From Eledone cirrhosa (Eukaryota), in contig OZ024753.1 in the NCBI GenBank assembly GCA_964016885.1, positions 38,006,001 to 38,070,000 of the forward strand: 64,000 nt of DNA, in the 5' to 3' direction. The position numbers were made by a program, and so were the translations under genes. The notes beneath the pieces were generated by a model that saw nothing but the letters and a program-made list of their open reading frames with translations, was not told the DNA's origin and did not search any database. Positions 1 to 12,537 of this stretch are shown in pieces (position 1 is the stretch's first letter; each line of letters starts with the position of its first letter).

Positions 1-563
1 AAACAATTATTACTATCATTGGCAGTATTGGTAGAGCGTCAGACACCATGTTTTGCAGCATAGAGTTAAGACCCTTTACGTTCGGAATTCAAATCCCACC
101 AAGGTCAACTTTGCTTTTTTACCCTTCCAGGGTTGATAAAATAAAGTACCAGTCCCGTACCGGGATCAATATGACTTTCTATTCCCCCAAGATTGGTTGG
201 GGTGGGGAGGCTTTGTGTCAAAATTAGAAATAATTTATCAGCTTCAATAAAATAATAAAATAAAATAAATTTAAATAAAAACAAAAAAAATCAAAAAAAA
301 AAAAAAATCAACCAAGATGAAAGTTAAGATAAATGATAAATGAAACAAACAGCTGTTAAAGTTTTAGTGATGAGGTTGAACATTTCTGACAAAGAAAGTC
401 TTAAGGAATAACACCTAATTGTATGTTGGGTGTATAGCATGTGGTGTGTATGATGTGTAGTGTGTGTATATGATGTGTGCATAGGTGTATGTGGAAGATA
501 GACGTTAAACGATGATGATGATGATAGTGTGTGTAGTACGTGTGAATGTATATATAGTGTGTG

Positions 564-1290
564 GAGGCACATGGCTTAGTGGTTAGAGCATTGGCCTTGC
601 AATCAAAAGGTTGTGAGTTCAATTCTCAGACCGGGTGAAGTGTTGTTTCCTTGAGCAAGACACTTTATTTCACATTGCTCCAGTTTACTCAGCTGTAGAA
701 ATGAGATGATAGCGACTGGGGTCCCTATCATTCCACTGCAAAGTGGTCGTGGAGGTGCCACGGCAAAAAAGTACCCAACACTCACTGTAAATGAGGTTGG
801 TGTTAGGAAGGGCATCCAGCTGTAGAAATGAGATGATAGGGACTGGGATCCATATCATTCCACTGCAAAGTGGTCGTGGAGGTGCCACGGCAAAAAAGCA
901 CCCAACACTCACTGTAAATGAGGTTGGTGTTAGGAAGGGCATCCAGCTGTAGAAATGAGATGATAGGGACTGGGGTCCATATCATTCCACTGCAAAGTGG
1001 TCGTGGAGGTGCCACGGCACAAAAGCACCCAACACTCACTGTAAATGAGGTTGGTGTTAGGAAGGGCATCCAGCTGTAGAAATGAGATGATAGGGACTGG
1101 GGTCCATATCATTCCACTGCAAAGTGGTCGTGGAGGTGCCACGGCACAAAAGCACCCAACACTCACTGTAAATGAGGTTGGTGTTAGGAAGGGCATCCAG
1201 CTGTAGAAATCAAGCCAGAATCAGTTCCCGTCCCACCCTTGCAAGCAGGGAAAAGCGGACGTAAAATGAAATGAATGAAATGATGATGAT
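564..1290 (+). mobile_element. tRNA-derived SINE (family A) with an internal 127-bp x4 expansion
   Basis: A-box-like tggcttagtgg, B-box-like gagttcaattc, central ccttgagcaagacactttatttcac, tail shared with the RTE 3' UTR at 13490-13770, (GAT)n end. Confidence 0.9.
690..1210 (+). repeat. 127-bp tandem repeat, 4 near-identical units
   Basis: cagctgtagaaat recurs at 690, 817, 944, 1071 and 1198. Confidence 0.95.
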
Positions 1291-1434
1291 GTGTGTGAGA
1301 ATACATAGTGTGTGTGTAGTGTGTATATAGTATGTATATATATATATATATAGTGTGTGTGTGTGTATGTATATATATATATAGTGTGTGTGTATGTATG
1401 TATATATATATATATATATATATATACATACATA

Positions 1435-2080
1435 CAACTTATGTCAGGTCACCAGTTGGTGCTACTGGTAACATGTATCCCAGTACAACCTGTCTCATGG
1501 TCGGGTCGTTGGCGACTAAACTGGCAACCCCACCAAGGTTTCTTGGTGAGGAGGGTGACTTTGGACATCCTGCAGGACTAAAAACAAAACCTGTCAAAGG
1601 GCAAAGGAGCTCTTAAGAGTCAATGGCCATCCAAAATCACCGGGAGAGATGACCCCTTTAGCCTTAGTCAAGGCAGAATTCTAGGAGAAGGAAAACTCTG
1701 ATATAACACCTGCAACCCTGATGGTATCCAATGATGTTGACTTGTTCTTCTTTTTGGTAAATATCATCTTGGTTAAGAGAGTGGGACTGGCTTTGTGCAG
1801 TGCCTTTGCTCACTATAAAAGCTTCACGGCACAGGCATTGCTTTATATCTGGAGATCTCTCTGCACTTGTCCTCACATGGGCCCAGCACTATGTGTCAAT
1901 AATTGTCCTACCATGGGCCTAGCACTATGTGTCAATAATTGTCACAGGTGTAGTGTTTGTACCAGAGGTTTCAAGTCGCTGGCTGGACTAAAAAGTCACA
2001 CTCGTTCAGCGCTTCGGTAGGGGTTATCCTACATGGATGTAAAGTAGTGGCCGTACTCGAAAACGAGTTGGCAGCCACCA
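1435..2080 (+). mobile_element. Bipartite non-autonomous RTE-type retroelement (5' UTR-like head joined to a LINE 3' end)
   Basis: Head includes ctaggagaaggaaaactctg. The 3' part encodes CSVCTRGFKSLAGLKSHTRS, like an RTE C-terminal zinc finger, followed by a short UTR hairpin (actcg aaaa cgagt). Flanked by (TA)n. Confidence 0.7.
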
Positions 2081-2927
2081 TATATATATATATATATATA
2101 TATAGTGTGTGTGTATATAGTGTGTGAGTATTCTTAATTACAAGTCTCTCTCCAGTTTTACAATGAAACTCAATGAAATCCAAAGAGAACCAAAATTGGA
2201 GTTGTAATTAGTTAATTAGTTAGAAATGAAAATGTTTGATTGTTATGTAAATCTTTCATTATTTCTGTCTAGACTATTTTAATTTAATATCTCTATATAT
2301 ACACCACATGTACACACACTACTGAATGTATATACATGAAAAATAGTGCATGGTAGAAAAAGAGAGAGAGGGGTAACAAAACTAGAAACTTAAATGTTTT
2401 AAAACAATGAACAACAACAACAATTATTATTATTAATGGACATTTCAGAAATAGTTTGAGTATAATGACTCGCCTTCCATGCCCCACCCTCTGTAGTAAC
2501 AAGTGTGATTGTCTAATAGGCCATGAGGTCCAAGTAAGTGGTGGGGGAAATTGATTGATAAAATTATATGTATTAGGTAGGAGCTATTATATATATATTT
2601 TAATAAAATAACTGTTTCTACTTTAGGCACAAGGCCAGCAATTACCCAGTGCATTACTGGTACTTTATTTTATCGACCCCGTAAGGATGAAAGGCAAAGT
2701 CAACTTAATAAAATAACAATGGATATCCAGAGTAAAATAATCTTTGTTATTTTATTAAAATTTTGAGCTCTGCAGTTCGTGCCGACCACAACGTAATCCA
2801 TGGTGGTTGAAAATCATCCAGCTTTTTGGATAACCGATAGACCAAGGATATTGATTAGCATCAAGCTTTTATAATCTTCACCAGGATATATTGGTAAAAT
2901 CTAATATAATATAACATTACATATCTC

Positions 2928-2973
<46 letters not shown>

Positions 2974-3064
2974 ACACTGGAAGGTAATATCCGGAGTAGT
3001 AGAGCACTCAGTCCAAGAGACGAGTTTGGTAGAAGTAGTAACACAACAGTTAGTTCACCATACT

Positions 3065-3101
3065 GAGAACAATTGTTTCACCTTATGCGAATCTTCAGCT
3101 C
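3065..3101 (-). ncRNA. Type I hammerhead ribozyme-like motif in a (TA)n-embedded element (2972-3140)
   Basis: Minus strand: gag CTGAAGA ttcgcataaggt GAAAC aatt GTT ctc. Stem I gag/ctc, palindromic stem III, weak stem II. Confidence 0.55.
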
Positions 3102-4020
3102 GGACTGGTAAATACCAAACAATTGTTTTATATATTGTAATATATATATATATATATATTACACATTATCAAGATTATAGATATGAGTTATAAATCTCTT
3201 TTACTCTTTTTACCTTGTCCAGTGATGAAAAAAATGAAATTTATGTTTTAAATTTCATAAGAATCTATTACATTGTAAAGAATCTAGGTCTGGTTCATTT
3301 ACCAGATGAAGTGCTGGGTTTACCACAAGCTTGTTTAATTGTAAAAAAAAACTTTTTTTTTGCGATTAAACGAGGAGGCTGGCCAAGGTGGAATGGGCCT
3401 AGAACCATTTAACGCTAATATACTAATATACTAATATGTATGAAAAACTCTTGAATAAATTTTCGAATTTATGGTCCAAAGTGTGTCAGCATATTTTTAC
3501 TTTTCCAAAAATGCACCGTGAGTAAAAAAAGTTTGAGAACCACTGCACAAACCACAAAACTATGCACCTTCACCCTCAACTCATATTACAGTAGTACTGT
3601 CTAACTTGACATGGTACACGTTGTTATCACCATCTTGGAATTTCTGGTGAAACTAAGAGATATAAAGAATTTTAAAAATAACAAAAACAACACCAAAATA
3701 TATATGAAATGCATGTCTGTGAGAGAAGTCAGGTCATTTTGATATAAGGGCGGTAAAGGATGAGTTGAAGGGGGAGAGGACGATGGGAAGAGAGAGAGGG
3801 AGATGGGAAGAGGAAGAGATGGGAAAAAAGAAGAGAGAGTAAGAAAGAGAGGAAAAGAGAGAAAGGTGGAGAGAAAGAGAGAAGAAAGAGATGGGAAGAA
3901 ATGAAGAAAGAGATAGGAAGAAAGAGACAGAAACTATTTAGGTGAACATTCTATTTTTATTATTAGTGTATAGGATAGGGGTGGACTGATAGAATCAAAG
4001 TATCTGGTATTATATTACAC

Positions 4021-4199
4021 GGGTTGGCAGTATTGGTAGAGGGTCGGACGCCATGCTTTGACGCATAGAGTTACGGCCCTTGCCATTCTGAGTTCAAATC
4101 CCGCCGAGGTTAATTTTGCCTTTCATCCTTACGGGGTCGATAAAATAAAGTACCAGTAATACACTAATATTTGCTGGCCTTGTGCCAAAAGTAGAAACA
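4021..4199 (+). mobile_element. tRNA-derived SINE (family B), young copy with TSD attatattacac
   Basis: B-box gagttcaaatccc, body gcctttcatccttacggggtcgataaaataaagtaccag, tail gctggccttgtgccaaaagtagaaaca. More than 20 full or partial copies occur in the window. Confidence 0.9.
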
Positions 4200-4305
4200 A
4201 TTATATTACACAGTATTTAGTTATGGTTCTTTACATTCTGAATTCAAATCCTGACAAGGTCAACTTTGTCTTTCATCCTTCCATGGGTGATCAAATAAGT
4301 ATCTG

Positions 4306-4519
4306 TTAACTCTTTAGTATTTACATTACTTTATATTTACTATTGTATTTTCACAGTAATGGATTTACCTCACATAATATCGAATCTATGAGATTTTGAT
4401 ATTATTTATTTTGAGAACAATACCTTAAAATCAGTATGAGTAGCCGGTTACAGCTGGTTTGAAAAGAAAGAGGTGAGGGAATTCTGGCCGGATATGGTCG
4501 GTTGATGCTAAAGGGTTAA
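4306..4519. mobile_element. piggyBac-like MITE with TTAA ends
   Basis: ttaactctttagta ... tgctaaagggttaa. Related copies at 32227-32432, about 32445-32700 and about 25215-25333. Confidence 0.7.
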
Positions 4520-4969
4520 TTACTAAGGTTGATATAATCAACCCCCCCCCCTCTTCTCCTTAATTGCTGGCCTTGTGCCAATGTTAGGCAGGGTACAGGG
4601 TAGTAGGGTGGTGGTTTATAGAGTTGGTAGAGCAACAGACAAAATGGTTTGCAACATCTATTTCTGTGTCTTTACATTTTGAGTTCAAATCTTGCCAAGG
4701 TCAACTTCACATTTCATCCTTCTGGAGCCAGTAAAGTACCAGTCAAATACTGAGGATAGATTAGATTGACTTTCTCTCTCTCCACTCCCAAAATTGCTGG
4801 CCTTGTGCCTAATTTAGAAACACTAATTACTGAGAATGGTTTCTAAAACTGTACAGTATGTAAATGAGATGTCGTTGTGTATGTATGTGTATGTGCTTGC
4901 ATACATGTGTGTGTGTGTGTGTGTGTGAGCATGTACATGTAGATATGTAAGTGTATGAGTGTGTACATA

Positions 4970-5016
<47 letters not shown>

Positions 5017-6832
5017 CATGTTTGTGTGTATATAATAAGGTGTAGCAGTGGAAGATAGCATATAGACATGTATATATAATATTAAGTAATGGAATGTATA
5101 TAAAGTATTAAGTAATGGAATGCCAAATTGATTAAAAGCATGTGTTGATATGTATGGGAACTATATACCTAAGTATGTGTATGTAAGTATATAAGTATAT
5201 AAGCATGTGTATCTAAGTAGGTGCATGTGAGTATGTGTATGTAAGTATGTGTATCTAAGTAGGTGCATGTGAGTATGTATATGTAAGTATGTGTATCTAA
5301 GCATGTGTATGTCAGCACTCAGGGATCATACAGCCTACAAACTACTTTTCTATGACCCACAACAATAAATTTTGTGATTAATTAAGGAAAATTTGAAGGG
5401 TTAGGAGGACTTTCAGTTGTGTCAAAGACATGACAATATCTCTTGTGCAGGTGCCATGACAAAATACATTCAGTATTAGCTTTGCCTTTAATCCTTATGG
5501 GGTTGATAAATAAAGTACCAGTAATACACTGCTACAGAGCAACAATATTAGGTCTTTAAGTATATAGTATAGTGTCTTATCCTGTAATGTTTTAGCAGGA
5601 AATGTCAAAAAACAAGCTCTGTTGATTCAAATACTAATGTTTATATTATTGGACAGATTATCTGTAGTATTAGAGCAAAGACTTTAATTTCTAATACGAT
5701 ATAATCATAATACTGTTGTGTACTTTTCAAGGATATTTTGCAACTGTAATTTCATGTGGTACATGACATTAACAGTTAAGTGTAGTATCTTAACAGGGAA
5801 AGAGTATAATATCATATTTCCCTACTCTGGCAGAGAAAACAGCCATCGAGACATTGAAAACTTTAAAAGTGACCAAGCTATTCTTTTATTTTTTTTTACA
5901 CTATTGACATATACAAAAAACAAAAACAAACAAATGAGTAACATTTATAAACAATACATGAAGAAAACCATAAAACTCTCCTACTTTACACAATATATCT
6001 TAAACAATCTTAACTGTTTTATAACACTGATTGTATAGTTCTTGTAAATCTCTGGAATGAATCTCAACATAAACTGAATTTGTTTATAAAGCTTTCTTTG
6101 TGTTCAACTAATGCAGAAAAATACTCTAACTTGTCTGTATGAGAGACCAACACATGATTTTCTTTTTAGTAATTCACTACTTTAACCCTTTTGACACTGA
6201 ATCATGTGAAACTGTTCTTGGTTTTATAATACAGAACTGTTTGTTTTAATGTTTATATTTATCTAAAAACTTTCTGTCATAATTTTATGTTAGAGTCTTT
6301 GTTAGCTCAAATCCTACCAAAGTCCAACATCAACTTTCCTTTTCATCCTTCCAAAGTCAACTTTGCCGTTCACCCTTCCAAGGTCAATAAAATAAAGTAC
6401 CAGTCAACAACTGGGGTCAATGTAATCACCTTTCCCTTCCACCAAAGATTGCTGGCCTTATTATGATAGTATTTCTGACACATGGTTCTTATATAAAATT
6501 ATGTTGGAGGCTTCTAATTCAATTAAGAACCCTTTAGAATAGAGAGTGTAGTTTTGAGCTGAGGGAGTGAGTGTGGGGGGTACCAAAAAGGGTTAATATT
6601 TCAGCAAATTCACTGTCTTCCTTCCTGTTTTCTTTCATAAAAAGACCCCCCTCCCCAGCAGTGATGAGGGATGAGTTTAAAACTGATAATGGCGATAATT
6701 ATCAGGAAAACAACAAACACTATTATACAGTCTACATTCTCAGTTTATCTTTGTACTATTTTAATCTTATTTTTATTTAATTATGTAACCAAATTATTAA
6801 ACACTGTATGTAGTGTGTGGTGAATGTATGTA

Positions 6833-6864
<32 letters not shown>

Positions 6865-7093
6865 CATACACACACATGCACAGGGACATGTTTTTTGTGT
6901 AGTTAAAGAGTTCACTTCAAACCATGTAGTGCTGGGTTCTGTCCTGCTGTACAGAACCTTGGATTGACAAATTCCTTCGAAGTGGAATTTGGTAAACAAG
7001 AGTCAAAACACTTGCTTGAAGAGGTTTCTTCTCTGAAAATATTGGGCAGAGTCTTTCATTAGAAATATGCTAAGAAAACAGTTAATAACCTAC

Positions 7094-7154
7094 CTTAAAT
7101 AGTAAGGAATACGGTTGGATGTTTCCATCTTTTCCCAACCATTTGTGATTCTTT
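7094..7154 (-). CDS. Internal exon encoding the N-terminal half of a WW domain, (E)RITNGWEKMETSNRIPYYL(S/R); dystrophin/utrophin/DRP2-family-like gene
   Basis: Acceptor gttttgttttattccttacag, donor gtaggt, 61 nt, phase 1 to phase 2. The peptide aligns by eye to the dystrophin WW (GPWERAISPNKVPYYIN). From recall, human DMD exon 62 is also 61 nt with the same phases. Confidence 0.85.
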
Positions 7155-8082
7155 CTGTAAGGAATAAAACAAAACAGTTTCAAATATAATTGCAGAAGAA
7201 TGAAGATTCTTTCCTAAATTATAAAACACAGCGGCCAAAAAAAAAAAAGAAAAAGAGAAACATATTTATTATTATTTCTAATTATTTGTTAGAGCGTCCA
7301 ACAAAATACCAACACTGTCAGTCTACCATCCTCTGAAAAAAATAAAATCCATTTCTAATTTAGGCACAAGGCTAGCAAATTTGAGGGAAAGGCAAAGGAA
7401 GGGCACAAATTTGAATAAATCAAAACCAGTATTTGGTACTTTATTTCATCAAACCTGGAAGGATGAAAGTCAAAACTGACCATGACAGAGTTTGGACACT
7501 AAATGTCAAGAACCATAACTAAATTCCTTAAGGTTTATTATTATATCTGACGTTCTACTGATTCTGTCATCTCACCATTCTCTTAAAGAAATAATATTAA
7601 TAACTTATAGGAATCAACGTTTCCATAAAGTTGTGCTTGATAACCGTGGGAGTGCATGCTTACTGCATATGTTGTATGTGTGCCTATGTATACATGTGTG
7701 TGTTTGTATGTACATGTGTGTGTTTTTATGTACATCTGTGTGTACGTGTGTAAGCTTGTGCATACATGTGTGTGCCTGTGTACACGTATATGTTTATGTA
7801 TACGTGTGAAGGCTTATGTGTGCATGTGTGTGCTTGCATGTGCTTATGTGTACATGTATACTTAAGTGTATCTATGTACATGTGTATATCTATGTGCACA
7901 TGTGTGTGTTTGTGTCTGTGTGTGCATATGTGTGTGTTTCTATGTGAGAATAAGAGACAGTTTTAGACTGGATGTGTTGGCCTAGACATATTGAATTACT
8001 TGTAAATGTCAAACTGTTGAAAATAGTGGAAGTAATTTAGTGAAGTTAAGAATGGTTTCATTGCTAGAACTATAGAGGGGGG

Positions 8083-8246
<164 letters not shown>

Positions 8247-8760
8247 AAGTGCAGATGATGCAACATTTAAAATTTCTATCTTTCTGTAAACAAAAACAAC
8301 TTGGAACAGGTAAATATTTTGTTAAATCCCAAACAGAATTGGAAAATATGTGAAACACTTCTTGCTCTTCTTTATATGTGATTGATTTGTGGAAAAGTAT
8401 TTTCCAATGAATCAATAAAACCTTTAAAATTAGAAGAGACCTTGAAAAAAAAAGTATTATGCTGACAAGAAAAAGATTTATTTTATTTTAAAGTACTTTG
8501 AAATTCATTTTAGTAACAGCTGATGTAGTCAAGTATGTTTTTATCTACACCAACATTAGAAAATGATGGCTTATTGTGAGTTATATGAGAGTTATGTGTG
8601 GGTATATGTGAGTTATGAGTGAGTTAGATGTGAGTTTTATGTGAATTATATGTAAATTATATGTGGGTTACATGACTATTACACCTACATGGGTTTAGCT
8701 GGCCTCCTACAAGGTTACATCTCATAAGTATCTTGGATATTTTAATAAGTATGTGTGTGG

Positions 8761-8800
<40 letters not shown>

Positions 8801-10439
8801 AACATTCCATACACACTCCAATTTTAATTGTACTTGCTAACCTATAGTCTATTACATAATTTGAAACCAACCACAAATCAACCCGGTTTCTATTTTTTAT
8901 GGTCTACTGATCATAAACAAATGGGTTAGTTTCTTGGTTTCTAACGAAATCTATGAATGAAAAACATATTTCATATCTGAAACACTTGAATGAAGATTTA
9001 CTAATTACCACACACACCCAAGCCAGACCACAGGAAAGGTCTATATTTACAAAACTTAGTTATGACACAACTGCAGTGACTGGTTGCGTCTTAAGTGTTC
9101 AACTGATTATAAGCTTTCAGTAAGTACTTACTTCATCGGCTAATAAGTTACCATAGTTACTAGCTGGACATAAGTAGGTCTTTTAAAAATATTAGCCAAA
9201 GAGGAAGTTAATAAAGTCTATCGGCTGGCAATTAGTTCTTTTTTTTTTGCATTTATTTCTATTTTTTTTTAGATGAAGAATCACACATATTTAAAATGTA
9301 GAGTTAATAATATCAGATGATAGTGGTGAAATGGCAGAGTCATTTGGGCGTCACATTGAAAATACCTGGATATTTGTTCTGGCTCACTGCACTCTGAGTT
9401 CAAAGTCTGCTGAGGCCAACTACAAAAATATACATTAACCCTTTCATGACTGCATTTCTAATGAAATATACCCTGTTTCACTTAATTAATGAAGAATTTT
9501 GAAGGATTTACTAAAATTATCAATTATTTCATTACTAAGTAACTTAATGTAAGGTTCTTATATAAAATTATGTTGGAAGATTTTAATTTAAATTGGAGAC
9601 CTTTAAAATGGGTGGCTTTATTTCATAGAAACAGAGCCAGCTTTGGCTGGGTTGGTCACTAAAGGATTAATTACAACAACAGTTTCTTTGGTAAATAAAA
9701 GGAGTGACCAACACCACCAAGGACTCCAATAAGGACAGCACTAAGTTATGCGGTTCATTTCCTACTGGCAGCTTTGACCATTATTTATCTGTCACCAGGA
9801 GTAATAATTATATTTATTCTTTTACTGGTACTAGCCAGCAGGTATGCTGGGGCACCACTTCAACTACATCAACATCAGAATTTATTTTTTTCAAGCCTGA
9901 TGCTTATTTTAGCAACCTCGTTTTTATTAACTGCTATATATATTTTGTTACAGGACATAAACAAAGGCACAGAAACACACACACACGTGGAAGATGATTG
10001 CTGAGTGAAGAAGTGCCAGGAAATTCCAATAGTTGGAACAGACAGAGGAGATAACAAAGGAATATAACAAGTGGAGAGACGCTGTACTGAAAAGGACTCG
10101 TCCAACCCATGCAAACAAGCGCACAATAGCAGATGTAAAAATGATGATGATGACAGTTTCTGCAGTTTCCATCTACAGAATTCCACTCACAAAGCATTAG
10201 TGGTCAACCTGTGGCTATAGAAGACTCTGGTCCAAGATGTAGCTCAGTGGGATTTAACTTGGTTGTAAAGCGAACTCTTTAGTCATAAGGCCATACCTGC
10301 ACAGGTGTATAACGATATACTATCTGCACAGGTGTATAACGATATACTAACAAATACAACACAGAGTCCATTTCACTAGGAAACATGATCAGTAAACACA
10401 ACAGCTACATGACACCCATTGTTCAATTCGTATGTAATT

Positions 10440-10925
10440 GTACACACACACACTGCAGACACACACACACTAGCAGTTACATATACACAGACACACACAC
10501 TAGCACATATACAAACACACACACACTAGCACATATACAGACACACACACTAGCACAGATACATATGCATACACACACACTAGCAGATACATATGCATAC
10601 ACACACACTAGCACCGATACATATGCAGACACACACACTAGCACATACACACACACACTAGCACAGATACACACACACACACACACACACTAGCACAGAT
10701 ACATATACACACACACAAGCAGATACATATGCACACACGCACTGGTGCAGATACATTGCACTCACACACAAGCACAGACACACATGCATACACTAATACA
10801 GATACATACTAACAGACACACACATACACACAAGACAAGACACACTAGCACAGATACACACACACACATACACTAGCTCAGACACACGCACTAGTTCAGA
10901 CAGACAGACATACACACACACACAC
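10440..10925. repeat. Degenerate CA-rich minisatellite (acacacacactagcacagat)
   Basis: Recurrent ctagcac/cagatac motifs within (CA)n. Confidence 0.85.
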
Positions 10926-11232
10926 TTGTCAAGATACACATACTATAGCCAACTTTCCAGACAAAAGCCTTCATGACATCAGTAAAAGCAGCAACAAACC
11001 TCATTGACAGATGAGAAATAAGCAACCAGGAGCTGGAGGAACAATGACAGTTGGCATTGAGGCTTGAGGCAGCATTGCCTTACCACTGTTGTGTGTAGGG
11101 GAGGAGGTTTGGGGATCCCTTGCACCACCTTCCCACTATTGATTGTGTGTGTAGGGGGAGGTGCTTGAGGCTCCCTTGCACCATCTTCCATTGTTGTATC
11201 TGTGTGGGGTGAGACTGCCTTACATCACCTAC

Positions 11233-11408
11233 CATCAGCCACTGTGGGATGGGTAGGAGAAGCAGTGGCTGTAGTAGATCTGAGATTGTATACCTTTCCA
11301 CCACTAACAACTCCCTTATATTTAAATAATTCTCTCAAGATGAACAATACAAGATAGAAAGATGGAGACAATCTGGAGAAAAACACCTTGACATATTTCT
11401 CATCTAAA
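11233..11408 (-). CDS. Internal exon of the same gene: LDEKYVKVFFSRLSPSFYLVLFILRELFKYKGVVSGGKVYNLRSTTATASPTHPTVAD
   Basis: Acceptor gttgtctttttttttccag, donor gtaggt, 176 nt open frame, phase 2 to phase 1. It joins the WW exon in frame (G+AA = Glu). Confidence 0.7.
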
Positions 11409-11794
11409 CTGGAAAAAAAAGACAACACAATGTATGAACAATAGTGGGAAGGGGAGACATATACGATATAGTGTATGAGAAACAGAAGGGGAGGGAGCTG
11501 TACATGGATGGTTGGTTGGCTGGAAAGATAGATAGATGGTTAGATGGTTGGATAGATAGATGGTTAGTTGGATGATAGGATGGGTAGATGGATGGTTGGT
11601 TGGTTGGTGTAGTAAATAAATAAAGAAGACAAGGGGTTTATTATTACAACCCAGTTTTGTTCTGTCAGAGATACAGACAGAGGCAGGCAAGTTAACAATA
11701 GAGAAGGAAGGGAGAAAGGGGATATATTAATCAAATTCAGACAGTAGGTTTCTTCAGTTCAGGTGTGGCTGAATATACCCCCACCTCACCTCAC

Positions 11795-11823
11795 CTCACT
11801 TCATCTAGCCCCATTCTTGACAC
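11795..11823 (-). CDS. 29-nt exon of the same gene: VSRMGLDEV(S)
   Basis: Acceptor gttatttgtctttcag, donor gtgagg, phase 0 to phase 2. AG+T = Ser joins the 176-nt exon in frame. Contains an in-frame ATG that could be a start. Several tandem GTGAG donors are present. Confidence 0.6.
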
Positions 11824-12457
11824 CTGAAAGACAAATAACTATCTCCTCTAAAGGTGAGAGATGTAAAAGAGCAGAAATAAAGGAAATAAGAACAAACCCC
11901 TTAAACAAGCTCCAGAGCAAACAATGACACAGGCATGCACCACAGCCACATCTGTGTTGATGTTCTTTATACTAATAATAAAACAGAGTCAGAGAAAGCA
12001 GGGAAGGGGGTTCTACCTACCTACCTACCTACCTACCTACCTACCTACCTACCTACCTACCTACCTACCTACTTACTTACTTAGTTAATATCACAAAAAT
12101 GAGTACATTTCAGTGCAGTAGAAATGATTTTAGCAGGTTTAAGAGTGCAGAACAAAATAAATATACATATACACATATACATTTATATATGTGTATATAT
12201 ATATATAAAGGTTAAGAAGAAGATAGAACTGAGAAGAGGCACTAAGGATAGAAGAATGAGAGAGAGGTGAGGGAAAGAAAAATAAAATAAAAAAAGGTGG
12301 GAGTATGATAGGAATAAAAAAAAAAATACAAAAAGAAAGCAAATGCAGTCAAATGAAAGATAAAACACAATCATATTCTTGAGTGTAGTCTATCATGGCA
12401 CCAGCACCAGGGTGGTTATCATGTTTTTGACACAACTGAATAGTCCACCCTACCATT

Positions 12458-12528
<71 letters not shown>

Positions 12529-12537
12529 ATATATATA

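Noticed and set aside
564-640. tRNA gene
   Set aside because: A- and B-box-like motifs are present, but they run straight into a SINE body and recur as dispersed copies.
1445-1560. Canonical twister or HDV-like ribozyme in the RTE-type head
   Set aside because: It has gaggagggt and a ctaa junction, but lacks the twister gtcccaagccc loop and I could not build the HDV nested pseudoknot.
9132-9163. 32-nt minus-strand exon candidate (SNYGNLLADE, donor gtaagt)
   Set aside because: Inclusion would shift the frame before the WW exon and the acceptor is weak. At most a poison exon.
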